The notes beneath the pieces were generated by a model. It ran no database searches. It was not told where the DNA came from and saw only the letters and a program-made list of their open reading frames with translations. Below, piece by piece: positions 1-10,676 of a DNA stretch of 64,000 nt. The DNA is taken from positions 63,788 through 127,787 of IMG/VR virus record IMGVR_UViG_3300038299_000184; one strand, written 5' to 3'. Every line of letters begins with the position of its first letter. Positions within the stretch are counted from its first letter, which is position 1. Both the position numbers and the translations under genes were made by a program. Source of the DNA: a virus.

Positions 1-43
1 GGTTAGTGTTTGACACACCACGTTAGTCATGTTATCGTCTTGT

Positions 44-814
44 ATGAATTTATTACTAGGTGATATACATGGCAACGTCAAAGTTCTCTTGAAGTATATA
101 CACAGGGAATATGCCAAAGGCGGTACGATATACCAGATAGGGGATTTCGGTGTGTTTGATCTGGATGATCCGTATACCGAGGCAATCACTGAGGAGGATT
201 TGGATGACATCAACGACAAACTTGTTAAACATGATACACAACTTCGTGTAATCCGTGGTAATCACGATAATCCAAAATACTGGGTGAACTTAACTTGGCG
301 TAACTCCATCAATAAACGTTGGTCTAACATCGAGTTCTTACCAGACTACCACGTTGAGAAAATTGGTGATATGGTATGTATGTTTATTGGTGGTGCTGTA
401 TCAGTTGATCGTCAACGCAGAATGAAAGACCACGATTGGTGGGAAGACGAGGTTGTAACTACACCACCACTTGGGGTAGAAAGCTTACCACTGGTTGATG
501 TGGTTATTGCCCACAATTGCCCATCATTCTTCAACCTTGGCTGTGACTCCGATTCTGTGGGTCACTGGGCTGTGGGTGATGACGAGTTGGTGGCTGATCT
601 AACAACCGAACGCGAACTGATAGATGAAGTGTTCTACCAAGTCAAACCAAGTCGCTGGTTCTCGGGACACTTCCACAATCATATGGTTGGTGAGTATGGA
701 GATTGTAACTATCGATGCATCAACATCAACGAACTATATTCACTAGATGAATTAATACCCTTCAAGAATCGGTACGTTGATCTCAAAACCCCGCCACTAG
801 ATTTACTGAAATGA
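44..814 (+). CDS. Calcineurin-like metallophosphoesterase
   Basis: GDIHG, GDFG, GNHD and GHFH motifs; start moved to ATG 44, 34 nt after TTGACA at 10. Confidence 0.85.
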   Translation: MNLLLGDIHGNVKVLLKYIHREYAKGGTIYQIGDFGVFDLDDPYTEAITEEDLDDINDKLVKHDTQLRVIRGNHDNPKYWVNLTWRNSINKRWSNIEFLPDYHVEKIGDMVCMFIGGAVSVDRQRRMKDHDWWEDEVVTTPPLGVESLPLVDVVIAHNCPSFFNLGCDSDSVGHWAVGDDELVADLTTERELIDEVFYQVKPSRWFSGHFHNHMVGEYGDCNYRCININELYSLDELIPFKNRYVDLKTPPLDLLK

Positions 815-1150
815 AATCTAAAAAACTAAATAAGATGTTGAAGAGTGGTGAAATATTCGAAAAGGGTGTATTATGGGATGTACGCAAATGGAGAAAATGG
901 TTAGTTAAAAAACGCACCTGTAGATTTCAGAAACATAAAGGTAATACTGAAGAATAAATTATGGAAAAACCAACAGTAATAATGACACTCGAATCACAGT
1001 CTAATGACTGGTTTGTAGGTACTATCAAACATGAGAATGGTGATAATATAGGACAGCATACCTCCAGCTCCTTATGGTGGTTGGAAAGTGATTTGAAAAA
1101 TAAATTGGATGATGTTGATAAATATAACATCGTAAAAAACTTTTAATATT

Positions 1151-1843
1151 ATGAGTGATATAAAACCAAGAAGACGCAGCAAGCGAGCAGAATTACGAGC
1201 AGAATTAGAATATCCTCTCCTATCCGAGGAGAGTGATCGATACTTCGGTTATTTCATGAAGGAACAACTTTGGGAATACCAAAAGGATATAGCTTTAGGT
1301 TATACAGGTTATGGTGTTTCTTTTATGGCGTTTCTTGAACTCGGCTGGGGTCTCGTGGGTGCTGGTTTATCCACTTGGGAAGATACCGAGGGTCAGTTCA
1401 AACGCTGGAAGGAGCTACGGAAACAACCCTCTAACAGAATTGCTAGAACCTATGAACGTGCTATGGAAATTAAGGAGGAGAGGGATTGGGATCGTATATA
1501 TGTGCTTGTGGATCTTCACGGCACTGTACTAGAACCAAACTACGAAGGGCTGGCTACTGAGTTCTACCCGCACTCCAAGTGTGTCCTTAAACACTTCTCG
1601 GATCGTAAGGACATTATTCTTATCATGTGGACATGTAGTACCGAGGAAGACCGTACAGCATACAATGAAATGTTTGCTAAGGAAGGTATCAATTTTGATT
1701 ACATCAATGAGAACCCAGAAGTTAAGGGTAAACTCAATTGGGGTGACTTCGATAGCAAAATGTATGCGAACCTCGTGTTAGATGATAAGTGCGGCTTCAC
1801 TTGGCAAGAAGATTGGGTAGCTTTACGGGAGTATTTAATATAA
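1151..1843 (+). CDS. Protein with C-terminal HAD-superfamily phosphatase-like domain
   Basis: LVDLHGT (motif I variant), WTC (motif II), LDDK (motif IV). Confidence 0.55.
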   Translation: MSDIKPRRRSKRAELRAELEYPLLSEESDRYFGYFMKEQLWEYQKDIALGYTGYGVSFMAFLELGWGLVGAGLSTWEDTEGQFKRWKELRKQPSNRIARTYERAMEIKEERDWDRIYVLVDLHGTVLEPNYEGLATEFYPHSKCVLKHFSDRKDIILIMWTCSTEEDRTAYNEMFAKEGINFDYINENPEVKGKLNWGDFDSKMYANLVLDDKCGFTWQEDWVALREYLI

Positions 1844-1880
1844 CCAGCTTTATCGACCATCATTAAGTATAAATATAAAC

Positions 1881-2681
1881 ATGGACAACAAATTCTATGT
1901 TTATATTTATCTAGATCCTAGATATGATGGGGTATTTAAATATGGTGATTACACCTTTGATTATAGACCTTTCTATGTGGGAAAGGGGTGTGGTAGTAGG
2001 GATGTTTCTCATATATATGAAGCTGAAAATCATAAAAACATTAACCGACATAAATGTATATTGATTAGAAAAATCTTAAAAGAATCCACCCCCATAGTCT
2101 TAAGGGTGTGTGATAATATGACAGACGCTGATGCATTGGAATTAGAATCTGTCCTTATAAAACTCATAGGTAGAAAATGTGATGGGGGTATTCTGACTAA
2201 CCATGGAGAATGTGGTCGAGTAATGAGTGGTGTAGCACATCCATTATATGGTAAGAAAAGATCAGAGGAAACCAAGGAGAAGATCCGCAACACTTTGAAG
2301 GGTAGACCACTATCAGAAGAAACCAAGAAGAAATTAAGTTTAAAATCTAAAGGTGTTGGTAAGACTAAAGAACATGCTGAAAATATAAGTAAGGGTAAGA
2401 AAGGAATTGCAACCGTTAAACACACAGATGCAACTAAGGAGCTTATAGCTGCATCACAACGAGGCATATTACACCATTCATCAAAGACTTATACATTCAT
2501 AAAACCTAATGGTGTACATGTTATAATTCATAGTAATCTACATGATTACCTTAATGATAATAATTTACCATTACAGGTTGCTAGAGAGTGGATAAATAAA
2601 GGGAGGATACCACCACCTGTAAGAAACTTCAAAGGTGCTAGGGCTAATATAACAGGGTGGGAAATTATAAGACATGATTAA
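1881..2681 (+). CDS. GIY-YIG-like homing endonuclease with NUMOD3 DNA-binding repeats
   Basis: YVYIYLDPR...PFYVGKG nuclease motif; HPLYGKKRSEETKEKI and LSEETKKKLS NUMOD3-like repeats. Confidence 0.8.
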   Translation: MDNKFYVYIYLDPRYDGVFKYGDYTFDYRPFYVGKGCGSRDVSHIYEAENHKNINRHKCILIRKILKESTPIVLRVCDNMTDADALELESVLIKLIGRKCDGGILTNHGECGRVMSGVAHPLYGKKRSEETKEKIRNTLKGRPLSEETKKKLSLKSKGVGKTKEHAENISKGKKGIATVKHTDATKELIAASQRGILHHSSKTYTFIKPNGVHVIIHSNLHDYLNDNNLPLQVAREWINKGRIPPPVRNFKGARANITGWEIIRHD

Positions 2682-2953
2682 GTTTAATGTTGTAAATATG
2701 TGTAAGTTATGTATCATAATAATATGACTCACGAAGAACATAGAACACGTAAAATTTTGAGCACACCAGAACCTAGAACCTTCTTTATAGCAAACGGGAG
2801 TGTTGTTGAAGATCCATGGACTGAGTGGGAAGTTGGTGAATGTGGTAGTAGACGCAGAGTGTGTATAACTATATCTAAGGAGCTTGCACAAGAAGTTGCT
2901 GATGCACTAACAGCATTTTACACACCTAAAACTGGTACTATCTAAATTAGTAG

Positions 2954-2981
2954 TTGACCAAACCACCGTGGTGTGTATAAT
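2954..2981 (+). promoter_or_regulatory. Sigma70-like early promoter (leaderless)
   Basis: TTGACC-N16-TATAAT-N6-ATG(2988). Confidence 0.75.
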
Positions 2982-2987
2982 GATGAC

Positions 2988-3299
2988 ATGCACCTACATA
3001 AAGATCATAACGGTTGGCAATCTCCTAGAGAACTAACACAACCCGCCTACTTCACACAAGATAGTGATACAGAGGTAGAACCTAGCCCACCCTTTAAATT
3101 CAAAGTGGGTGAAACTTATGAGACACAAGGTGGTGATAAAGTACAAGTACTTAGCCGAACTCAAAATGGTGTAGGTTATGAATGTTTGGTCTGTGATGAC
3201 GGTGTTCACAGGTACGACAGGAGTACCTCTTCGACGGATGCGGGGCGAGTTACAGGAACAGCCCATGATTACTCACATCCAAATAACTTCAAGCGGTAG
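2988..3299 (+). CDS. Hypothetical phage protein
   Basis: ORF directly after early promoter. Confidence 0.6.
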   Translation: MHLHKDHNGWQSPRELTQPAYFTQDSDTEVEPSPPFKFKVGETYETQGGDKVQVLSRTQNGVGYECLVCDDGVHRYDRSTSSTDAGRVTGTAHDYSHPNNFKR

Positions 3300-3321
3300 A
3301 CTAACAAACAAAATAATACAT

Positions 3322-3831
3322 ATGGATAAAAATTATATTCCGATAGCATTCAAAGCCCAGATATCTATAAACGAGGTTTGGGTATACGACGAAGAGGCGG
3401 GAACTCGTAACACTAGACACGAAGTATTGTTAGAGCTGGGTGATCCCCACCTGTCACATACCCAGTTGTTCGAAGCACCACATAAGGGTAGGAAGGGTTT
3501 TAAAGAAATACCTTCCGACTGGAAGTATGGGGGTCTTATTGATGTACATACTTATAAATTCTATACAGAGTCCCGCCCAAGTGACATAGTGGTGGGTAAC
3601 TTCATGAAGGCAGTGAAAAAGGTTGTCAAAGGTCTGTACCTTATCGAACAACATTACCACTTCTTGAATAGGACGTTCCCAGATCGTCAATTCAATCTCA
3701 ATAGCGTCACACTGGAATGTGTGGATGAATACGTGTTCAAATCTGATAGTGGCTACCTATACCACACTCAACATATTGATGATCATATCTACTTTAAAGG
3801 TAGGGGTGTCCGAATCAGTCATGAAAATTAA
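3322..3831 (+). CDS. Hypothetical protein
   Basis: ORF in tightly packed operon; start MDKNY follows an AT-rich spacer. Confidence 0.55.
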   Translation: MDKNYIPIAFKAQISINEVWVYDEEAGTRNTRHEVLLELGDPHLSHTQLFEAPHKGRKGFKEIPSDWKYGGLIDVHTYKFYTESRPSDIVVGNFMKAVKKVVKGLYLIEQHYHFLNRTFPDRQFNLNSVTLECVDEYVFKSDSGYLYHTQHIDDHIYFKGRGVRISHEN

Positions 3832-4039
3832 AACAATAACCAGCCAGCACCGCAGAGACTTCTCCGCAATTTTAGAATGTGAGCATTGTGGACACACTCA
3901 AGAATTAAATAGTGGGTACGACGATGACAACTACCACAGGAATGTTATACCCAAATTTAAATGTGGTGAGTGTGGTAAACCAGCTCCAGAGAACTACAGA
4001 CCACTAACCACCAAATACGATGCGAATCAAATAGTTTAA
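3821..4039 (+). CDS. Small zinc-ribbon protein
   Basis: CEHC...CGEC pairs. Confidence 0.6.
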   Translation: MKIKTITSQHRRDFSAILECEHCGHTQELNSGYDDDNYHRNVIPKFKCGECGKPAPENYRPLTTKYDANQIV

Positions 4040-4093
4040 ATACCCCTACTAGAACCAAGCCTGTACAGATATGTACGGGCTTGAGGTGGTGAA

Positions 4094-4351
4094 ATGAATA
4101 AACTAATTAAACTAATCGTAGTAGCAATCGCCATCACATCAATCTCATGCACTGACGCAACTCGTGCTAAAATCGGTGGGTATGGTGGTGAACATAAAGT
4201 GGAGTTGTATAATGGTGGTAAGCTGGTGCGTGAATGGGTATCTAGTGGTAAGGTACAGTCTGAAGAAACTTCGGATGGATACTACTTTAACGACAAGGCA
4301 ACGGGCAAGTTGGTAGAGGTGTCTGGTGACGTAGTTATCACAAGAATGTAA
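4094..4351 (+). CDS. Putative lipoprotein
   Basis: Basic N-terminus, hydrophobic stretch, SISC lipobox-like Cys. Confidence 0.55.
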   Translation: MNKLIKLIVVAIAITSISCTDATRAKIGGYGGEHKVELYNGGKLVREWVSSGKVQSEETSDGYYFNDKATGKLVEVSGDVVITRM

Positions 4352-4403
4352 TAAAGTTACGTTTAGGTGTTGACACCACTGTGGTATTTTGTATTGTTCA
4401 CCC

Positions 4404-5003
4404 ATGACAGCAACCAACATCATCCAGTTCCCTACTAAGTTCACAGGTACAGAACACTCAGTAGCTACAGCAACTGTTGAACCTAAAAAGGTTTCCACAA
4501 ACCCTTACAAGGATCTTTGCACAAGGGGTAGTGCTGCACTACTTCGAAAGAAGCTCAAGGAAGCTGGTTACAATTCTCGTAAGGTGTCTGTGAAAACCGA
4601 TTTCTACTCAATGGGTAGTAGCATCAATGCTACCGTCCGTGATGCTAGTGTTGATGACAAGATCGTAGAGACGCTATGTAAAGAAGCTGAGTGTATCTCA
4701 TACTGTGATTCTTCTGGTGAGATCCTTGGTGGTGGTAACACTTTCGTCAAATTCTACGTGACTGATGAAGTTACGACTGAACGTAGTGCCAAGTATTTGG
4801 TTATCGCTGAAGAGATCGTGGTTAAGTTGAACGAACTACACACTGAAGTGGTGTACGATGATACCATGTCCTTTAGACGCACATCACCTTACGATGTGTC
4901 TATCGAATACTCAGACCTATCTGGTCGTAACCTTTACCTCCCACAATCTGAACATGCGGCAGCGACAATTGCCAACATGATCTATAAACACAATGCAAAC
5001 TAA
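4404..5003 (+). CDS. LPD29-like (polyvalent-protein-associated) domain protein
   Basis: LRKKLKEAG...KVSVKTDFYSMGSSIN resembles LPD29 pattern; early promoter at 4370. Confidence 0.45.
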   Translation: MTATNIIQFPTKFTGTEHSVATATVEPKKVSTNPYKDLCTRGSAALLRKKLKEAGYNSRKVSVKTDFYSMGSSINATVRDASVDDKIVETLCKEAECISYCDSSGEILGGGNTFVKFYVTDEVTTERSAKYLVIAEEIVVKLNELHTEVVYDDTMSFRRTSPYDVSIEYSDLSGRNLYLPQSEHAAATIANMIYKHNAN

Positions 5004-5196
5004 AAAAGATTCTTTCAAAGAAGCAAGCGTGAACACCACCATTGGGCTGGTGATATCGTTTGCTAGTACTAGCGTAATCATGCCAATGTTTGGATATGAT
5101 TACGATGCAGCCAAATTCGGGATGATGACAATATGCTTCACACTGGTATCAGTGGTTAGAACCTACATCATCAGACGCTACTTCAATAAAAAATAA
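4993..5196 (+). CDS. Small two-TM phage membrane protein
   Basis: QTKKDSFKEA...two hydrophobic helices...RTYIIRRYFN. Confidence 0.6.
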   Translation: MQTKKDSFKEASVNTTIGLVISFASTSVIMPMFGYDYDAAKFGMMTICFTLVSVVRTYIIRRYFNKK

Positions 5197-5708
5197 TGAA
5201 TAAAGAACAGATACACAAGGGTTCCACAGAACTAAATTCCGAAACACCAGATTTAAGCTATGGACAGTCTGTATGGACTTTTTGTAGGGGGTTGGACAGG
5301 GATTTGGCATACCTTTTGGATAGTGATAGCATTTTTTATATAACCGATGGTGACGTGGATCAACCAGAATTGATTGATCTATTCATAAATAAATTTCTAA
5401 AAGAATATAATTCCAAACATAAAACACTCACCAATAGAATAACCAATAGTAGTGGGGTGGTATTAATACCTATCGAGGATATGTTTGGGGGTCGCAATGG
5501 TACTACTCCTAATCTAACAAACCAGAGAGCCGCTCCTAGAAGTGATTTTGATGGGGGAAACCCACATTGGTTTAGACCAGCTTGGGATGAAGAACGCAAC
5601 ACCGCTGTGTGGTATATGATAGATGATCCAGATTTTATTTACGATTACTGCATTCCAGTATTCGATCACAACTGGGTAATTGAAAATATTGAAATAAATG
5701 TTGACTAA
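5196..5708 (+). CDS. Hypothetical protein
   Basis: TAATG coupling to upstream gene. Confidence 0.6.
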   Translation: MNKEQIHKGSTELNSETPDLSYGQSVWTFCRGLDRDLAYLLDSDSIFYITDGDVDQPELIDLFINKFLKEYNSKHKTLTNRITNSSGVVLIPIEDMFGGRNGTTPNLTNQRAAPRSDFDGGNPHWFRPAWDEERNTAVWYMIDDPDFIYDYCIPVFDHNWVIENIEINVD

Positions 5709-5734
5709 TACTCAGCGGTGTGTATGATCCCTAT

Positions 5735-6058
5735 ATGAAAACAGACGAAGCAATTGAACGCATGGAACAGTGTGGGGAAGTAATAGATCTAGTGGTTAAG
5801 TCACAGAATTATCTACAACCAAAACTTCACGGTATGCCTAGGATTCTTAGATCGCTCCTGATCACAGGTAGAGAAGTTGTAGCTTTAGAAACACCTAGCT
5901 CAACTATCTTAGATGGTGTTGCAGCGTTCATTACTTGTGTTGAGCGTGAGGTAAATGGTAATATATACATCTGGACACTAAACCCAGATTTCTTCGAATC
6001 CGATTACTACGCTGGTTACAGGAACAAGGTTACTCAACCTTTGTGTTTATCATACTAA
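5735..6058 (+). CDS. Hypothetical protein
   Basis: ATG 34 nt after TTGACT at 5701. Confidence 0.6.
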   Translation: MKTDEAIERMEQCGEVIDLVVKSQNYLQPKLHGMPRILRSLLITGREVVALETPSSTILDGVAAFITCVEREVNGNIYIWTLNPDFFESDYYAGYRNKVTQPLCLSY

Positions 6059-6129
6059 CAGGGTTTTTCATCATCGAAATTTAGAGAAATAGGTATTGAC
6101 CTAATCACAATTTAATATATAACCAAACT

Positions 6130-6666
6130 ATGCCAGCTAAAAATTTCATGGAGTCACACACATCCTTTACTAAGGAAGAGGTGTTAAAGGCACTCGACTA
6201 TATCGGTGAATCAACATGCCCATCAAAAGAGATCAATGTGTATGCTAACGGTCTTCTGAACGAACTCCTTGTATGTGGATTCATCTTTGAGGCACCTTTC
6301 GAAGGGATCACTAGGTGGTTTCTCACAGTGAGGGGTAGTAACCTCCTAAAGCATTGTACACCACCTATGACTCAATCTATGGAGGATGAAAGTTTCAAGA
6401 ATCACAAGACCGCTGAGATGACCGACTGGCTCCAGAGAACTACTGACTATAGTGAGCACAATATTAGAAATATCACATACAAGCTCGTAGAATATTCTAC
6501 GAAATTGGAGTTTGCTGACACATTCCGAGTTGCTGACGTAAGCCGACCAGAGGAGGTTGTTAAGTACATGGAGATTCGCACTGGCGGTTGTTGCGGGTTT
6601 GAAGAAAATCTTGTGAGTGGGTATGATGGCGAACTTTACCTAGTGGGGTGTAACTATGGACACTAA
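6130..6666 (+). CDS. Hypothetical protein
   Basis: ATG 34 nt after TTGACC at 6096. Confidence 0.6.
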   Translation: MPAKNFMESHTSFTKEEVLKALDYIGESTCPSKEINVYANGLLNELLVCGFIFEAPFEGITRWFLTVRGSNLLKHCTPPMTQSMEDESFKNHKTAEMTDWLQRTTDYSEHNIRNITYKLVEYSTKLEFADTFRVADVSRPEEVVKYMEIRTGGCCGFEENLVSGYDGELYLVGCNYGH

Positions 6667-7126
6667 AACCCTCCAAGTACTACAAGGGCTTAAAGGCTTA
6701 ATGGATTTAGCCAAACTACATAATTGCACCTCCAAATATAATGGAGAGATTATCCAGATCATTGCCGATGACGGATACTATTGGGATGGTGGGCAAACCC
6801 ACACCAAAACTTACCTAGTAGGTAAAGACACCAACTCTGAAGAGCTAATTGAAGTGATTCAATTTGTTATAGAAGATTTAAAAGAAGCACAACCAACAAA
6901 ACAATAATATGGATGATGTAGATTTAGGAGAAATTTTCACAGACATTGATTTCAGTGGTCTAACACCTTCGGGTGGTAGGGGTAGAAACCCTGTGTGTGT
7001 CCCAATTACATTAGTAGTGGTTACACTGCTAATAATCGGTGGTATAGTCTGGCACTTTAACTCGCAACCAGATGTTAACACCAATGAACAACTTTCAGAA
7101 CAAGCTGAAACAACAAAATAATAAAT

Positions 7127-7849
7127 ATGAACACAATTAAGTGGAATAAAAAGACGGTAGCAGTGAAAGCTGTATTTGAAGCAAATAAAGATGAACTCAG
7201 TGATCACGGTATTCCAAACCGTCCTAAGTTTGAGAAAATTTGTAAGGCACACAAGTGTCGTAATATGGCTGATATCGAACAATGGTACGAGAATCTTCTT
7301 ATCAGCCGTGGCCACGAACATGATGGTTATTACTACTACACCGCTAAGGCAATGAAGGAAGCTAAACTTGCGTCTAAAACGGTTGCTACACGAACTGTTG
7401 TTAAGCCCAACAAACCACCAGTTTTCTGGAATGGTAAGCAATACAAAAACGTCAACACATTACAAAAAAGTAAGAATGGTGTTAACCGTGATACTTATAT
7501 TAAGTATACAGCTCTTGGTATCAACACCACTAAAGGTGTGAAGGAACACCAACGTAAAGCTGCTGTCGCTCGACGCTCAAATCTCGTATGGAATGGTAAG
7601 ACATATTCTGATATTTATGTTGCCGCCAAGAAACTAGGTGTTTCACTAGCAACGGTTGAATACCGCAAGAGTAAGGGTTATACTAAAGACACTGACATGC
7701 TTCGTGCTTCGTGCTACGGTATCACTGTAGAATTTAAAGGTAAGCGTTATGGTACAATCTCTGATGCGGTTGTCCGTAATGCATCCAAGTTCTCGGCTTG
7801 TCACATTCGTAAGAACTCTAAGTTCATTAAGCACAACCGAAATGCTTAA
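7127..7849 (+). CDS. Basic DNA-binding protein with NUMOD1/HTH-like repeats
   Basis: Three (W/F)NGK-Y-type units, AAKKLGVSLATV HTH-like segment, Lys-rich. Confidence 0.5.
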   Translation: MNTIKWNKKTVAVKAVFEANKDELSDHGIPNRPKFEKICKAHKCRNMADIEQWYENLLISRGHEHDGYYYYTAKAMKEAKLASKTVATRTVVKPNKPPVFWNGKQYKNVNTLQKSKNGVNRDTYIKYTALGINTTKGVKEHQRKAAVARRSNLVWNGKTYSDIYVAAKKLGVSLATVEYRKSKGYTKDTDMLRASCYGITVEFKGKRYGTISDAVVRNASKFSACHIRKNSKFIKHNRNA

Positions 7850-7884
7850 TTTCTGGTAACGAAGATTGCTTCGCTACCAAATTC

Positions 7885-7915
7885 AAACACCACTCATTTT
7901 ATGGGTGGTGTTTTT
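7885..7915 (+). terminator. Intrinsic terminator
   Basis: AAACACCACTCA-TTTTA-TGGGTGGTGTTTTT hairpin plus U tract. Confidence 0.75.
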
Positions 7916-8190
7916 AGGTATAACTAATAATCTACTTTACATAGGGTAGAAACTATATACAATACTAACATGGCTGAGACCTTCAAAGAGCAAAAACCTA
8001 TAAGGTAGAAATGGTGTGTGACACCTGTAAAAAGGTAAAATGTTACCAACAGGTCACGTACTTCTCTCATCACCTGCCCAGTATGTCCATGAGTGTGATG
8101 AGTGTGCATACACCACACAGTATCTAGAAACATACCCATACACAAAAACTATAGACGTAGAATTGAGCAACCCACTTTCCAATAAATAAT

Positions 8191-8751
8191 ATGACAATAC
8201 CAACAGTAATCGACGCAGACGGCAGAGGCTGGGACATCTATTCCCGACTTCTCAAAGACCGAATCATTGTGATCGGCACAAACTTCAACGATGCTATGGC
8301 ATCAAGCATTATAGCACAACTGTTACTACTACAGGCAGAAGATCCCAAGAAGGATATCCACATTTATATAAACTCTGGTGGCGGCTCGGTCACTGCTGGT
8401 CTTGCAATCTTTGACACCATTAATATGATGTCCTGTGATGTTAACACGTACTGTATGGGTATGTGTGCATCTATGGCAACCGTGATTCTTAGTGCGGGTA
8501 CTAAGGGTAAGCGCAACATCCTTAAGAATGCCCATACCATGGTACACCAAGTGTCTGGTGGTGCCCAAGGTACCGCCGCAGATGTAGAACGCACTGTGGA
8601 GTTCATGTATAGCCTTAGAAAGCGTCTCAATGTAATCCTAGCCAATAGTACAGGTAATACCGTCAAGCAGATGGAGAAATATTGTGACCGTGATTACTAT
8701 ATGTCTGCTGAAGAATCCGTAGAGTTTGGTTTAGTCGATAACATCCTTTAA
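8191..8751 (+). CDS. clpP: ATP-dependent Clp protease proteolytic subunit
   Basis: DIYSRLLKDRII, YINSGGGSVTAG, catalytic Ser (CASMA), His (MVHQ), Asp (DRD). Confidence 0.95.
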   Translation: MTIPTVIDADGRGWDIYSRLLKDRIIVIGTNFNDAMASSIIAQLLLLQAEDPKKDIHIYINSGGGSVTAGLAIFDTINMMSCDVNTYCMGMCASMATVILSAGTKGKRNILKNAHTMVHQVSGGAQGTAADVERTVEFMYSLRKRLNVILANSTGNTVKQMEKYCDRDYYMSAEESVEFGLVDNIL

Positions 8752-9151
8752 TTATGCCATATAAAAAACCACTAAAATTTGTATTGGTTCGTAAGCTTGT
8801 TAGACCGAAAGGTAACTTACAACCAGCGGTGTATGAATTTGTAATGGAGGTCGAAAGCTGATCATGAAATTGGTGTTAGTCAGTTGGTTCCGATATGTAT
8901 TTTTACAGACCACTGACATAAAGATAGGTAGTGAGTATCACGAACTTGAAGCGTGGTTGAAGCGGAAGAGAAAGCTCATACCTCCATCAACATGGGTAAT
9001 AAGGGAAGTGGTTACAAACGATTGGGGAGTGACTTTTATAAAGGTCATGAGGGAAGACCGTTGTATATACACATTCAAACTAAAAACATTCAATTCAATA
9101 TTTGTAAAGAAAAGTCGTTGACACCACTGAATAAATCTGTATAGTCATCTC

Positions 9152-9652
9152 ATGCGACAAAACATTATAGACCAACTCAAACAAGGGGTGTCACCAGACC
9201 TAATTGCTGGTGATATCTTTGAGGGTATTGGATTACTAAATACTATAGGCACGACCAAAGTACCTATGCCAGAGCCTGCCCAAGATATGTTTAAGGAAAC
9301 TCAACTATACTATGGGGATGCTGGTTACACAACCTTAAGGACTCGTGTGACACCTACACAGGAATTGGTTCATACCAAATTCAGGGGTGATAAAAATAAG
9401 TCAGTTACATCCACAACTGGTCACGCAGACACCATTAGTGTCTTTATAGAATTTGACGGTGACACACCAGTATCCATTACACTCAACCCAAATGTTGGTG
9501 GTAAGGAATACAAAGTATCTAAATCTATTATGGGTCACGACACCCTACACATTGTCAGTAACAATACTGGCATTATAACCATTACCGAATGTATGGTCAA
9601 AGCCATGCACCACCAAGACTTAAGCACAACACTTATTACACTCGATGTCTAA
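9152..9652 (+). CDS. Hypothetical protein
   Basis: ATG 34 nt after TTGACA at 9118. Confidence 0.6.
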   Translation: MRQNIIDQLKQGVSPDLIAGDIFEGIGLLNTIGTTKVPMPEPAQDMFKETQLYYGDAGYTTLRTRVTPTQELVHTKFRGDKNKSVTSTTGHADTISVFIEFDGDTPVSITLNPNVGGKEYKVSKSIMGHDTLHIVSNNTGIITITECMVKAMHHQDLSTTLITLDV

Positions 9653-9710
9653 ATCACGACCAACACTATTTCTCGACTTCAACGGAGTCATCATGGATTT
9701 TAATGATTGA
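9645..9710 (+). pseudogene. Truncated HAD-hydrolase N-terminal remnant
   Basis: MSKSRPTLFLDFNGVIMDFND* resembles HAD motif I; stop lies inside the next TTGACA promoter. Confidence 0.4.
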
Positions 9711-9740
9711 CAAAATGTGTAGCACTAACAATTAAATAAT

Positions 9741-10028
9741 ATGTCAGATATAAATACAGATGGCTGGAAAGATGGTGACAAAGTTACCATCACTCGTGGC
9801 TGTTACGCTGGTCACACCGCAACCATATTGAGTAAAGGTTGGAAAGGTTGGGATCACCGTGCATGGCGACTGGACATACACTACTGGGATAATATCGATG
9901 GTGATATACCCCATTTTAACAAGTACACAAAGGTGCGTACAATTTTAGAAACTAACCACTTCACCGATGGGTGGATGGAAGAAGAACACAGATTACAACT
10001 TTATAAATTATGGAACAAACAACAATGA
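9741..10028 (+). CDS. Hypothetical protein, possible KOW/SH3-like fold
   Basis: GDKVTITRGCYAGHTATI; promoter at 9707. Confidence 0.5.
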   Translation: MSDINTDGWKDGDKVTITRGCYAGHTATILSKGWKGWDHRAWRLDIHYWDNIDGDIPHFNKYTKVRTILETNHFTDGWMEEEHRLQLYKLWNKQQ

Positions 10029-10186
10029 CATCAGTAGTATTATTCGCAGCAGCCGTATAACTAATCATGTGGTCGGTATTGTTAGAAACTCTCAACTTTA
10101 GGAGTGCCTTATTATTCAAAGTGTTCCCTATTATTACAGGCGTGTTCTGTTTGATTAGTGGACTTCATATGATAGGACAACTTTAA
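10025..10186 (+). pseudogene. Small membrane protein interrupted by in-frame TAA (10058)
   Basis: MTSVVLFAAAV*LIMWSVLL... hydrophobic frame continues across the stop. Confidence 0.35.
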
Positions 10187-10201
10187 CGAAAAACAATTAC
10201 A

Positions 10202-10615
10202 ATGGGATTAAACGAAAAACGCGAACTAAGAATGTACTCACTGGTATTATACCAATTGTCGGGTATTCAAGCAGGTATTCAATCGGGCCACTCTAACGAT
10301 GAATATGCGAACTGTTCAGAAGGTGATGAGTACGACAGATATATCGATTGGAGAGAAAATCACAAGACTGTTATGGTAATGAATGGGGGATCTAGTGATA
10401 TCCTCGCACAAACAGTTGAGGAGTTGAGAACCCTTGGTATTCAAGTGGTCGGATTTCTAGAGCCAGATCTCTATGGTCAATACACATCATTTTCTTTCCT
10501 ATTGGATGAGCGATACTTCAAAGAGTTGGACATGGAAGAGCGCGTTAAGCTGTCTGGTGAAGATCATGTTGTACGAAACATTGTGTCTAAGCTCAGATTC
10601 CATGGAGGTCGCTAA
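10202..10615 (+). CDS. Peptidyl-tRNA hydrolase type 2 (PTH2)-like protein
   Basis: QAGIQSGH, W...KTVMVMNGG, FLEPDL..T pattern. Confidence 0.55.
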   Translation: MGLNEKRELRMYSLVLYQLSGIQAGIQSGHSNDEYANCSEGDEYDRYIDWRENHKTVMVMNGGSSDILAQTVEELRTLGIQVVGFLEPDLYGQYTSFSFLLDERYFKELDMEERVKLSGEDHVVRNIVSKLRFHGGR

Positions 10616-10676
10616 TTAAAGAATATAATATAATTAACTTGACAGTTACCGCTAAAATCGTATAACCAATTTATCA

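Noticed and set aside
1844-2700. Group I intron around the GIY-YIG gene
   Set aside because: Flanking intergenic spacers are only ~40 nt and neighbouring genes appear complete; the endonuclease is free-standing.
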